DNA of 64,000 nucleotides from Deltaproteobacteria bacterium. Lineage in GTDB: Bacteria; Desulfobacterota; Dissulfuribacteria; Dissulfuribacterales; QOAL01. The notes beneath the pieces were generated by a model, which saw only the letters and a list, made by a program, of their open reading frames with translations, ran no database searches and had not been told where the DNA came from. Below, one piece after another: positions 1 to 11,311 of the stretch. The position numbers and the translations under genes were made by a program. Each line of letters begins with the position of its first letter. Positions within the stretch are counted from its first letter, which is position 1. The stretch is taken from assembly GCA_024275145.1 (NCBI GenBank), contig JAJRZR010000093.1, forward strand, positions 7,228 through 71,227, read 5' to 3'.

Positions 1-31
1 ACGGGCTTTCATTATAATTGGTAAACTTTTT

Positions 32-119
32 GGAGGGATGGCCGAGTGGTTTAAGGCGGCGGTCTTGAAAACCGCTGTGCCGAAAGGCACCGTGGGTTCG
101 AATCCTACTCCCTCCGCCA
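32..119 (+). tRNA. tRNA-Ser (anticodon UGA), class II tRNA with long variable arm, CCA encoded
   Basis: Acceptor stem GGAGGGA/TCCCTCC. Anticodon stem GCGGT/ACCGC with loop CT-TGA-AA. Long extra arm GTGCC-GAAA-GGCAC. T-arm GTGGGTTCGAATCC. Ends G-CCA at 116-119. Confidence 0.95.
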
Positions 120-156
120 GATTGCATTGCACTTGGTTTTGTGTTCCGTAGATAAC

Positions 157-248
<92 letters not shown>

Positions 249-322
249 TCGATTATGATAGGCAAATTATATTCCTGCGATTGTATCCCAAGGAAGGCAT
301 GCCTGTTTTGTTCTAGTTACTT

Positions 323-346
323 CCGGCAAGAGGCCGGTTTTTTTTT
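323..346 (+). terminator. Rho-independent terminator after the tRNA pair, directly abutting the metK Shine-Dalgarno
   Basis: Stem CCGGC (323-327), loop AAGAG, stem GCCGG (333-337), then T9 (338-346). AGGAGG follows immediately at 347-352. Confidence 0.7.
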
Positions 347-362
347 AGGAGGTCCTTGAACT

Positions 363-2821
<2,459 letters not shown>

Positions 2822-2862
2822 TTTGTTGGCCTACCGCGGGGGCTAGTTGTTAAGGCAACCAA

Positions 2863-2893
2863 GAAAGGCAGTGGGTAACTCCCACTGCCTTTC
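2863..2893. terminator. Bidirectional hairpin terminator between convergent ahcY and ppsA
   Basis: Perfect 13-bp stem GAAAGGCAGTGGG / CCCACTGCCTTTC with loop TAACT, lying between the two stop codons. Confidence 0.75.
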
Positions 2894-2920
2894 TTCAGGA
2901 TCAAGTAACTAGCGTATCCT

Positions 2921-5350
2921 TCAGCCTATCCCAAGTTCCTTTTCCTTCTCTGCAACCAGAAGCCTGGTCTTTACTGCGGTATCCGGTGTAAGGCTCATGG
3001 AATCAATACCACATTCCACCAGGAACGCCGCAAAGTCAGGGAAATCACTCGGGGCCTGGCCACAGATACCGATTTTCCTTCCGGCCTTCTTGGCCACGTC
3101 TATGACCTGCCGAATAAGCCTCTTTACTGCCTCATTACGTTCATCATAGATATGGGCAACAAGCTCGGAGTCCCTGTCGAGGCCTAGGGTAAGCTGGGTC
3201 AAGTCATTTGATCCGATGGAGAAGCCATCGAATACCTCGGCAAACTGGTCAGCCAAGACCACGTTGCTTGGAATCTCACACATGACATAGATCTCGAGAT
3301 CGTTTTCTCCCTGCTTGATGCCATATTTTTCCATTACCCCTATAACCTTTTTGCCCTCGTCCACTGTACGGCAGAAGGGAATCATGGACTTTACGTTGGT
3401 GAGCCCCATATCGTCCCTGACCTTCTTTAATGCCTTACACTCCAGGGCAAAGGCTGGTTCAAAGTCGGGTGAATAATACCTTGAGGCCCCGCGCCAGCCT
3501 ATCATTGGGTTGTGTTCTACCGGTTCATAGATCTGGCCACCTATGAGGTTTGCATATTCGTTGCTCTTGAAATCCGACATCCTTACAATAACGTCCTTTG
3601 GATAGAACCCCGCGGCAATCGTAGCGATTCCCTGTGCCAGGGTATCTACGAAGAATTCGGACTTGTCGTCGTAGGCAGCGGTCTTCTCATCTATCGCTTC
3701 GACCACCTCTTTGATATCCGGATCGGAGGCGGCCTTTTTCTTGAGTTCTTCGTAGTTCAGCAGGGCAAGTGGATGGACCCCGATGTGCGAGTTTATTATG
3801 AACTCGAGTCGGGCAAGGCCTACTCCATCGTTTGGAATTTGTCCCTGGGTGAAGGCCTGCTCCGGTATGCCGACGTTCATCATGATCATGGTCTTGGTCT
3901 TCGGAACATTGGCAAAGTCTATGCGGTTCACCTCGTACTTTAAAAGCCCTTTGTAGATCCTGCCTTCTTCACCTTCTGCACACGAGACCGTGACGTCCAT
4001 GCCGGTCTTTAGAACCTCTGTGCCGTTCTCCGTGCCTACGACACAGGGAATACCGAGTTCCCTCGAGACGATGGCGGCATGGCATGTACGTCCTCCCCTG
4101 TTGGTCACTATGGCAGAGGCGATCTTCATGATGGGCTCCCAGTCAGGGTCTGTCATGTCTGTGACAAGGACTTCACCTTCCCTGAATTCGGCAATCTGGT
4201 CTGCATTTTCAATGACATGGACCTTCCCCTGTCCGATCTTGCTGCCCACGGCCTTGCCGGTCACCAGCACCTCACCGGTCTCCTTGAGGGAGTAGGTTTC
4301 CATGTAATTCTTGCTCTTTTGGGAGTGTACCGTCTCTGGGCGCGCCTGGACGATGAAGAGCTCACCACTACCTGCCTTTTCGCCGTCGCCGTCCTTGGCC
4401 CATTCTATATCCATCCCTTTGTTGTAGTGATCTTCAATGATACAGGCCCATTTGGCAAGTTGCAGAACCTCGTCATCCGAGAGCACATATCTTTTTCTTT
4501 CTTCCGGGGTGGTCTCAATGTTTTTGACCGGCTCCTTGGGGTCGTCGCTATAGATCATTTTTTTCTGCTTGAGACCAAGGCGCTTGCTTACGATGGGCCT
4601 AAATCCCTTTTTGAGGGTAGGCTTGAACACATAGAATTCATCCGGGTTTACTGCTCCCTGGACCACATTTTCCCCAAGTCCCCAGGCCCCTGTGATATAT
4701 ACCACGTCTTCGAAGCCGCTTTCCGTATCCAGGGTAAACATGACACCGGCGCTGGCACAGTCGCTTCGTACCATCTTTTGAACGGCGATGGAAAGATAGA
4801 CATCGAAATGTCCAAAGCCCTTGTCATGGCGGTACGAAATGGCCCTGTCCGTGAACAGGCTCGCAAAGCAGCGGTGGCAGGCATCGATCAGCGCATCGGT
4901 ACCCTTGATGTTGAGATAGGTATCCTGTTGTCCAGCAAAGGAGGCATCAGGAAGGTCTTCAGCAGTGGCAGAGGAGCGAACGGCCACGTCTACATTGGCT
5001 CCGTACATCCCTTCCATCTTGCCATAGGCATCCTTTATGGCCTGTTCCAGGTCCTCTGGGAATTTGGCTTTGAGGATAATTTCCCTCACCCTCTTCCCCC
5101 TGGCTCTCAGGTCCTCTATGTTGTGGGTGTCGAGTCCTTCAAGGGCATCCCTGATGGCCTTTTCTATGCCGGCGTTCTTCAGTAGGTGTTTATAGGCCTC
5201 TGCGGTTATCGCGAAGCCATTCGGCACCTTGACCCCCTGGCTCGTAAGATGTTGATACATCTCACCAAGCGATGCATTTTTCCCTCCAACCAATGGAACA
5301 TCCTTAATTCCAATCTCTTCAAACCACAGTATGAATGGTTTGTCATTCAT
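2921..5350 (-). CDS. ppsA: Phosphoenolpyruvate synthase (pyruvate, water dikinase)
   Basis: About 809 aa with PpsA-like sequence throughout: GGKNASLGEM, the phospho-histidine region TNRGGRTCHAAIVSRELGIP, and a C-terminal PEP-utilising domain. The track starts at GTG 5359, which abuts the SD AAAGGAGG. ATG 5350 has 9-nt spacing and is preferred. Confidence 0.96.
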   Translation of the reverse strand: MNDKPFILWFEEIGIKDVPLVGGKNASLGEMYQHLTSQGVKVPNGFAITAEAYKHLLKNAGIEKAIRDALEGLDTHNIEDLRARGKRVREIILKAKFPEDLEQAIKDAYGKMEGMYGANVDVAVRSSATAEDLPDASFAGQQDTYLNIKGTDALIDACHRCFASLFTDRAISYRHDKGFGHFDVYLSIAVQKMVRSDCASAGVMFTLDTESGFEDVVYITGAWGLGENVVQGAVNPDEFYVFKPTLKKGFRPIVSKRLGLKQKKMIYSDDPKEPVKNIETTPEERKRYVLSDDEVLQLAKWACIIEDHYNKGMDIEWAKDGDGEKAGSGELFIVQARPETVHSQKSKNYMETYSLKETGEVLVTGKAVGSKIGQGKVHVIENADQIAEFREGEVLVTDMTDPDWEPIMKIASAIVTNRGGRTCHAAIVSRELGIPCVVGTENGTEVLKTGMDVTVSCAEGEEGRIYKGLLKYEVNRIDFANVPKTKTMIMMNVGIPEQAFTQGQIPNDGVGLARLEFIINSHIGVHPLALLNYEELKKKAASDPDIKEVVEAIDEKTAAYDDKSEFFVDTLAQGIATIAAGFYPKDVIVRMSDFKSNEYANLIGGQIYEPVEHNPMIGWRGASRYYSPDFEPAFALECKALKKVRDDMGLTNVKSMIPFCRTVDEGKKVIGVMEKYGIKQGENDLEIYVMCEIPSNVVLADQFAEVFDGFSIGSNDLTQLTLGLDRDSELVAHIYDERNEAVKRLIRQVIDVAKKAGRKIGICGQAPSDFPDFAAFLVECGIDSMSLTPDTAVKTRLLVAEKEKELGIG

Positions 5351-5398
5351 GACCGACACCCTCCTTTAATCTCAGGATCTCATTAATATAGATTTTAT

Positions 5399-5417
5399 CG
5401 TGAAAATACATCCTGCC
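5399..5417 (-). repeat. Copy 1 of the recurring intergenic box (minus strand reads GGCAGGATGTATTTTCACG), 48 nt upstream of the ppsA ATG
   Basis: The plus strand reads CGTGAAAATACATCCTGCC. It is identical over 15 nt to the copy at 61507-61521, with about 70% identity over roughly 53 nt of flanks. Confidence 0.6.
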
Positions 5418-5759
5418 CCCGGGCCGTGTTTTTCTCGTGCCTCGGGGTGCGGCACCAAGGTGTACGGGCCGCTTAAACGTTTTTCTATAATTTGGGATAA
5501 TTATCCAGACCAAGGTATTATCCTTTTGTGGCCCTTCCTTCCGGTCAACCCGCTGTCTGCAGGTGGAAAACAGGACTGGATCTTAATTGAACCAGCATAT
5601 AAACTCAACTGCTCTTTTGCCTTTCTTTAGGTGCGCACCTGTCATCTTCATTATCCAGGGATGCCTGCAAAAGCGGTCAACAGACATGGAAATTTATGTT
5701 AAATCTAGCAATGCAAGAAGCCCCTTGTCAACCAGGCCGAAAGAAGCCGGGCTCTACCC

Positions 5760-6137
5760 CTAACCCTCCAGGATTACGATCGCCAGTGCATAATCCCCTT
5801 CGTGGGACAGGCTGACATGCCATATCCTTGCCCCCAGCTTCCCTGCTCTTGTTCTGGCTCCTTGCTTGAGTTCAAGCACAGGCTTGCCGGTTTTTCCATG
5901 GCCAATGGATATGTGCCTCCATGAGATCCCGCCGGATATACCGGTTCCAAGCGCCTTTGAACATGCCTCCTTGGCGGCAAATCTCAGGGCAAGGGATGCT
6001 TCAGGCCTTTTGTGGCCCGTGCAATATGCTATCTCAGAAGGGGTAAAGACCCTTGTAAGGAAGCGTTCCCCCCATCGGTCAACGGCCTTTTTTATCCTGG
6101 GTATATAGACCAGGTCCGTTCCTATGCCGCAGATCAA
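5760..6137 (-). CDS. acpS: Holo-[acyl-carrier-protein] synthase (4'-phosphopantetheinyl transferase)
   Basis: 125 aa, AcpS-like from the N-terminus (ICGIGTDLVYIPRI ... FAAKEACSKALG ... VSLSHEGDYA). TTG start with GGAGA 7 nt upstream. Confidence 0.9.
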   Translation of the reverse strand: MICGIGTDLVYIPRIKKAVDRWGERFLTRVFTPSEIAYCTGHKRPEASLALRFAAKEACSKALGTGISGGISWRHISIGHGKTGKPVLELKQGARTRAGKLGARIWHVSLSHEGDYALAIVILEG

Positions 6138-6189
6138 GCCGTTTTCTCCATGCCCGTAACAGGCCCGCCTGGGCAGGCTGTTTATATCC

Positions 6190-7329
6190 CTAAATGCCCT
6201 TTACGATCTTGAGCATTTCGCGTACCGCCTGGTCCAGGCCCGTAAAGGCGGCCCTTGCGATTATCGCATGCCCTATGCTGAACTCCACGATCTCGCTGAT
6301 CGCCGCAAGGCGCCCGGTATTCCTGTAATTCAAACCATGGCCAGCATGAACCCTCAGTCCCAGATCCGTGGCCAGGCTTGCCATCTTTACTATCTGCTCG
6401 AATTCATCCTCTTCTACCTCGGCATTTTTGGCCTCGGCATACCTGCCTGTGTGTATCTCTATGCATTGGGCCCCTACGCGCCTTGACGCCTTGATCTGAT
6501 CCTCCTCGGGGTCCACAAACAGGCTGACCGGTATACCGGAATCATTCAGCCTGCTTACTGCGTTGCCAATGGATTGTTCAAGGCCTGCTACATCAAGGCC
6601 GCCTTCTGTGGTAAGCTCCTGGCGTTTTTCAGGAACGAGTGTAACGATATCCGGCTTGATTCCAGCCGCTATAGCAATCATCTCATCCGTTGCCGCCATT
6701 TCGAGGGTGAGCCTGGTCTTTGCGGTTTCACGGATCAGACGTACATCCCTGTCCTGGATATGCCTCCTGTCCTCCCTGAGATGCACGACTACGCCGTCTG
6801 CACCGGCAAGCTCCACAATGGCCGCTGCGGCGACTGGATCAGGTTCATCCCCACCGCGTGCCTGCCTTATTGTTGCAATATGATCGACGTTTATACAAAG
6901 ATCTGCCATTGTATTCTCCTTGTTCAGCAAAATTCTAAGTTCCTGTTCCCTTTTTTGCATTCGTTCTGCCCCTTCTGGACCTGTCTCGTGATCTTCGCCA
7001 AGCAGGTGGACCAGGCCGTGGATCAAGAGCTCCGTGAGTCTTTGGCTCAGTCCAGTCAGGGCGTCAGAGGCCTCGCGTTTTGCAGTATCCGCGGAGATTA
7101 CTATGTCACCCAAGAGCGTGGTTTCCTCCTGGGAAAAGGAGATGACGTTTGTCGGTCCCTTTCTTCCAAGCCAGCGTTTGTTTATCCTGGCGATTTCTTC
7201 ATCACCTGTAATCAGGACACCAAGCTCTTTATGTGTAGCTCCGCATGCCCTGAGAAGCCTGCCCGTAGCCCTTTCAAGGGCCTTTTCGGGTATCCGCCCA
7301 GGATATCTGTTGATGACTACTGCCGGCAT
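6190..7329 (-). CDS. ybeY/pdxJ: Single ORF fusing the rRNA-maturation endoribonuclease YbeY (aa 1-140) to pyridoxine 5'-phosphate synthase PdxJ (aa 141-379)
   Basis: The N-terminal part has the YbeY zinc motif [11 protein letters not shown]. From M141 (ATG 6909-6907) it reads [19 protein letters not shown] ... [15 protein letters not shown], which is PdxJ from its native N-terminus. No stop codon lies between the two parts. AAGGAG sits 6 nt upstream of the internal ATG. Confidence 0.85.
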   Translation of the reverse strand: MPAVVINRYPGRIPEKALERATGRLLRACGATHKELGVLITGDEEIARINKRWLGRKGPTNVISFSQEETTLLGDIVISADTAKREASDALTGLSQRLTELLIHGLVHLLGEDHETGPEGAERMQKREQELRILLNKENTMADLCINVDHIATIRQARGGDEPDPVAAAAIVELAGADGVVVHLREDRRHIQDRDVRLIRETAKTRLTLEMAATDEMIAIAAGIKPDIVTLVPEKRQELTTEGGLDVAGLEQSIGNAVSRLNDSGIPVSLFVDPEEDQIKASRRVGAQCIEIHTGRYAEAKNAEVEEDEFEQIVKMASLATDLGLRVHAGHGLNYRNTGRLAAISEIVEFSIGHAIIARAAFTGLDQAVREMLKIVKGI

Positions 7330-8354
7330 ATCCCCTGTTCTCTCCCTTTGGTTTTGCCAGGATCGTCTGCAGGACGGGACGGTTGGGGTTTTTCATGCCC
7401 CCTTTTTTTTGACTCAAGCTCTTCATATGCCTGTATTATGCGTTTTACCAGCTTGTGTCTTACCACGTCCCTCTTCGAGAACATGGCGAAGGCGATCCCG
7501 GGTATGTCCTGTAGTATTTTCTTCGCCTCTACCAGGCCTGAGGCCTGTTTTTCAGGCAGGTCGATCTGGGTAATATCACCCGTGACCACCGCCTTGGAAT
7601 TAAAACCAAGACGTGTGAGGAACATCTTCATCTGTTCAGAGGTGGTGTTCTGGGCCTCATCCAATATAATGAATGCCTCGTTGAGCGTCCTTCCTCTCAT
7701 GAATGCCAGTGGGGCCACCTCAATAACCCCCCGTTCAAGCAGGCGCCCTACACGTTCAAAGGATAGCATATCGTATAGGGCATCATAGAGTGGCCTGAGA
7801 TAGGGATTGACCTTTTCTTCCAGATCACCTGGCAGGAAGCCCAGTCTTTCACCCGCCTCTACGGCTGGCCTGACCAGGACTATCCTCGACACCTCTTCCT
7901 TTATAAGTGCCGATACCGCCATGGCCATTGCGAGGTAGGTCTTGCCGGTGCCTGCAGGCCCTATACCGAAGACGATATCGTTTTTCCTGATGGCCTCTAC
8001 GTATTGTTTTTGGGCAAGGCTCTTGGGCGTGATCAGGCGTTTTCCTGATTTTACGCTGAGCTTGTCCAGGAAGATGTCGGCAAGCCTTGCGCTCGAATTG
8101 GCAGAGATGATGTCGATGGCGAATTCTACGTCGGTAGGGCCCAATGGATAGCCTCTGGCCACGAGGTCGTAGAGCTGGGAAAGGGTGCGGGAGGCTAGGT
8201 CTACGTCTATATCGGCTCCGTCGATGACCAGGTGATTTCCCCTCGCATCAATCCGTATGTTGAATGCCTCCTCGAGTATCTTGAGGTTGGCCCCTCTTTC
8301 ACCATAGAGACTAAGGGCTAAGGCGTTATCTTCGAATATTAGTTCCTTTTGCAT
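7317..8354 (-). CDS. phoH: PhoH-like ATPase (YbeZ family)
   Basis: 345 aa. Walker [14 protein letters not shown], Walker [10 protein letters not shown], and a PhoH-type C-terminal region. Its 3' end overlaps the ybeY start by 13 nt. Confidence 0.95.
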   Translation of the reverse strand: MQKELIFEDNALALSLYGERGANLKILEEAFNIRIDARGNHLVIDGADIDVDLASRTLSQLYDLVARGYPLGPTDVEFAIDIISANSSARLADIFLDKLSVKSGKRLITPKSLAQKQYVEAIRKNDIVFGIGPAGTGKTYLAMAMAVSALIKEEVSRIVLVRPAVEAGERLGFLPGDLEEKVNPYLRPLYDALYDMLSFERVGRLLERGVIEVAPLAFMRGRTLNEAFIILDEAQNTTSEQMKMFLTRLGFNSKAVVTGDITQIDLPEKQASGLVEAKKILQDIPGIAFAMFSKRDVVRHKLVKRIIQAYEELESKKRGHEKPQPSRPADDPGKTKGREQGICRQ

Positions 8355-8359
8355 TTGAT

Positions 8360-10108
8360 TCAGACGTCTCCTAGTGCCCTGTCATAGAGTTTGCCAACGC
8401 CGTATTCCTTCCTGCGCAGGAATTTTTCCCATGGTGGGCCGATTATCTGCATTTCCGGGTGTTCCCTCTGGACTTCAAGGGCGATTTGCATCTCTTTGGT
8501 GCAGCCGGTGCTGTAAGTGGCATCCTTGCCCACCCACTCCGGCGGGACCTTATGCCCCATTAGTTCAAAGGCCTTTTCTATATCCTCGACAGTCTGGAAA
8601 CGCCATATATCTATCAGGCCGCTTCTCTGTAAGATTTCCCACATATACATTATGTAGTCTGCGTCCATACCCGGCTCGAAGTGCTCCGCAGGGTTTATTA
8701 CTACAACCCCTTCTTGTTTCTGCCTCAGGTAATTAATAAAGACCTTGAGTATCTTTTTGGCAGTTTCGAGCTCCTGGGGAATGCTTCCCACTATGGCGCT
8801 ATAGAACATGATGGTCTTTCCCCGCTGCTTCTCCATCTTAAGGTGATATATCAGGGCCTCTGCCTTTGCCCTTAGATCTGCCTCAGAGAACCTGATGACC
8901 CTGGGGTGCCTGCGTTTGACACGGAGTTCTATTTCACCGGGACGGTCGTTCGTTATTACCAATATATCCCTTGTAAAGGAGAAACGGGTTTTCAAAAGGC
9001 AAGGGCCATCTACATCACTCCTGTTGACGACGGCGTCTGCCTCCTTGAATGCCCTGGCAAAGGTGACCGACATGAGCAGGGGATTGAAACGTTCCTGGGT
9101 GCCATCTGATATGACAAATAACATCTTGTCGCTTTTGAGCCGGTCTATGAGGGCGTTTTTTGTAATTTGGGGGTTCGTTATGATCTCGGCATCATATAGG
9201 AATTCCTGGAGGAAAGGGTCTTCAAGCACGTCGGCCATGGTAACGGATTCGTAGTAGAATGCCTTCTTGACCACCAGTATGACTTTGATACCCATTCTTA
9301 TGAGTATCCTGATCATGGCCAGATCCAGCAGGATGGAACCTGCGCTTACTCCCATCCACAGCAGATAATGTCTGGTCTTCGCCAATGACCAATCCTTCAA
9401 CGTATCCTGGAACCATTGCCATCCCCTGCCGTTGAGGCGGCAGTCCATCATGGCGGTTAGGTCCTTTTCCTTGAGGTTCCTGGTACCTGTCCAGATTTCA
9501 GAATGCGAGGTAAGGCCCAACAGGCGACGAAGCTGGAGCATGTTGATCCTGAAATTTATTTCATCAAGGGAGGTGCCATCCTCTATTTCCAGCCCCTTCC
9601 GGGCATTGAATGCCTTGTTGAAGGCCTCGGATTTTATGATGTCGTAGATACGCCCATTCTGCTTTTCTTTGACGGAGGCAAGGGGCCGATCTATGTCACT
9701 CACCCTGACAAAAATTTGAAGGAGCCGCTTTTCCAGCCTGGATGGCAGCATGACCAGCGATGCCGTCTCGTGCCTGAATTTGATCTTAAGCAGTGTCAGC
9801 AGGAACCGCCGTTTGTAGGTATTGTCTACCACGGAACGAACCAGTGGCTCGAGCCTTTCCCATATCTTCATATAGGAAAGGACAAGGAATTCGCCCCCTT
9901 TTTTATCTATTATAGTGTGGAATGTCCTGTCGGAACAGGGATAGTAATAGGGCTCATCCTCCAGGAATACGATGAATCTCAACTGTTCGGGAGAGGCAAC
10001 CTCCTGTGGAAAGACCTCATACGCCAGGTGATTTTCCGTATAGAAGTTTGCTATCCAGGCATCTTTTTCTGGATTGGTTCCAGGACGTGGGATAACAGGG
10101 TACTCCAT
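8360..10108 (-). CDS. Uncharacterised 582-aa protein. The central region loosely resembles the DUF89/ARMT1-like fold but with the usual metal-binding residues replaced
   Basis: Long ORF packed 5 nt from phoH and 8 nt from corA. The central stretch ...SILLDLAMIRILIRMGIKVILVVKKAFYYESVTMADV...LFVISDGTQERFNPL... recalls the DUF89 layout (DNAGE...kVtlvvK...ND.T..D...sKGqgNyE). The match is from memory and weak. Confidence 0.55.
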   Translation of the reverse strand: MEYPVIPRPGTNPEKDAWIANFYTENHLAYEVFPQEVASPEQLRFIVFLEDEPYYYPCSDRTFHTIIDKKGGEFLVLSYMKIWERLEPLVRSVVDNTYKRRFLLTLLKIKFRHETASLVMLPSRLEKRLLQIFVRVSDIDRPLASVKEKQNGRIYDIIKSEAFNKAFNARKGLEIEDGTSLDEINFRINMLQLRRLLGLTSHSEIWTGTRNLKEKDLTAMMDCRLNGRGWQWFQDTLKDWSLAKTRHYLLWMGVSAGSILLDLAMIRILIRMGIKVILVVKKAFYYESVTMADVLEDPFLQEFLYDAEIITNPQITKNALIDRLKSDKMLFVISDGTQERFNPLLMSVTFARAFKEADAVVNRSDVDGPCLLKTRFSFTRDILVITNDRPGEIELRVKRRHPRVIRFSEADLRAKAEALIYHLKMEKQRGKTIMFYSAIVGSIPQELETAKKILKVFINYLRQKQEGVVVINPAEHFEPGMDADYIMYMWEILQRSGLIDIWRFQTVEDIEKAFELMGHKVPPEWVGKDATYSTGCTKEMQIALEVQREHPEMQIIGPPWEKFLRRKEYGVGKLYDRALGDV

Positions 10109-10116
10109 GGGGCGTT

Positions 10117-11109
10117 TTAGAACATCTTCTTTTTTATAAATATATACACGACAACTACGGACAGGATGAAGGACAGCCCCATGATCAGGGCAAAGGCATG
10201 CGGAAAATCCTGGAATGGTAATGAAATGTTCATGCCATATATGCTTGCTACCAGGTTCGGGAGCATCAAGACGATGGTTACCGAAGTCAGAAACTTCATC
10301 ACGATGTTCAAGTTGTTGGAAATGACAGAGGCATAGGCGTCCATCATACCGCTGAGGATGTCGCTGAAGATCTTCGCCATCTCGATGGCCTGCTGGTTTT
10401 CGATTTGGGCGTCTTCAAGTATGTCCTCATTTTCTTCATCTATTACCAGATATCTGCCGCTTTCCAGGCGGGCCATTACCAGGTCATTGGCCTTGAGGCT
10501 GGTGTTGAAATATACTAGGCTCTTCTCGAGGTTGAGGAGCTTGATAAGTTCCTGGTTCCTTAAGGACCTGTGAAGCTCTTCTTCATATTCGTTGGTCAGA
10601 CGGTCGATGAGCCGCAGGTGCCTCAGATAGGCATTTGCCACCCTCAGAAATATGTTGAATATGAACCTGACCTTGTCCCTCAGGACCTTCTTGATGTCTT
10701 TTATCTCAAGCAACTGGTCCAGAACAGAGGTATGGTGAAGGCAGATGGTGATGACTACGTCATGTAAGACAATGATGCCAAGGGGTACGGTTTCGTATCG
10801 TATCATATCCCCTTTGTGCTGGGGCAGGGGGATTTTCAAGATGATCAACAACTGCCCTTCATCGCTTTCCACCCTGGAGGTTTCTTCCTCGTCCAAGGGA
10901 TATCTCAGAAATTCAGGCAGTACACCAAGCTTCTTTTCAACGGATTCGAGTTCCTGCTCCGTGGGATTGATGAGATTGATCCAGCTTCCATCGCAGAAAC
11001 TAGAGCAGCGTTCTATTCCATTCTCATTTTGTCTGAAGATAGTGAGCACGGTGTTATGGTAAATGTCTTGCGATCTTGGTTGAATGTGTGTGCCGGGAAA
11101 ATAAACCAC
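10117..11109 (-). CDS. corA: CorA-family Mg2+/Co2+ transporter
   Basis: The C-terminus has two TM helices flanking the signature YGMN (ASIYGMNISLPF), preceded by a soluble N-terminal domain. GTG start, exact start uncertain. Confidence 0.9.
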   Translation of the reverse strand: MVYFPGTHIQPRSQDIYHNTVLTIFRQNENGIERCSSFCDGSWINLINPTEQELESVEKKLGVLPEFLRYPLDEEETSRVESDEGQLLIILKIPLPQHKGDMIRYETVPLGIIVLHDVVITICLHHTSVLDQLLEIKDIKKVLRDKVRFIFNIFLRVANAYLRHLRLIDRLTNEYEEELHRSLRNQELIKLLNLEKSLVYFNTSLKANDLVMARLESGRYLVIDEENEDILEDAQIENQQAIEMAKIFSDILSGMMDAYASVISNNLNIVMKFLTSVTIVLMLPNLVASIYGMNISLPFQDFPHAFALIMGLSFILSVVVVYIFIKKKMF

Positions 11110-11311
11110 GCCCCATGGGTTATGTTTTTTTCATGCCCTGGGGTATGGGCGCCAAGCGCATGGGCCGCATAAGGGTTTATAACGATTTGGCCAAATACGA
11201 ATTGGATATGTATACGCCATAGAATCCTTCAAGGCAAGTAAAGACTGCCAACGCCCCCTACTTTGCCTGGATTTTCTATAAACTTGCAAGCAGCATAATT
11301 CAGCCCCATGG

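Noticed and set aside
249-362. SAM riboswitch upstream of metK, and SAH riboswitch upstream of ahcY (1518-1564)
   Set aside because: I found no recognisable conserved core of SAM-I, SAM-II or SAM-IV in 249-346. The ahcY leader is only about 45 nt, too short for an SAH element.
4079-5185. 368-aa plus-strand ORF inside ppsA
   Set aside because: It is antisense to a strongly supported PEP synthase gene. It has no SD and a low-complexity, Leu/Gly/Val/Arg-rich shadow-ORF composition.
5399-5417. Reading the recurring box as a sigma-54 (-24/-12) promoter
   Set aside because: GG-N10-GC spacing is not met. Counting from either GG dinucleotide, the -12 position falls on TT or A(C/T). One copy also lacks the GG altogether.
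5400-5630. Small peptides starting MKIHP... encoded by the plus strand of three box copies (5400, 59066, 61506)
   Set aside because: None has an SD. The peptide sequences diverge right after five residues and end at unrelated lengths (76, 25 and 42 codons). The conservation is therefore at the DNA level, not the protein level.
6574-7788. 404-aa plus-strand ORF spanning pdxJ/ybeY/phoH
   Set aside because: It is antisense to three well-supported genes and crosses their boundaries. The Cys/Ser/Phe-rich sequence has no motifs. This is a typical shadow ORF.
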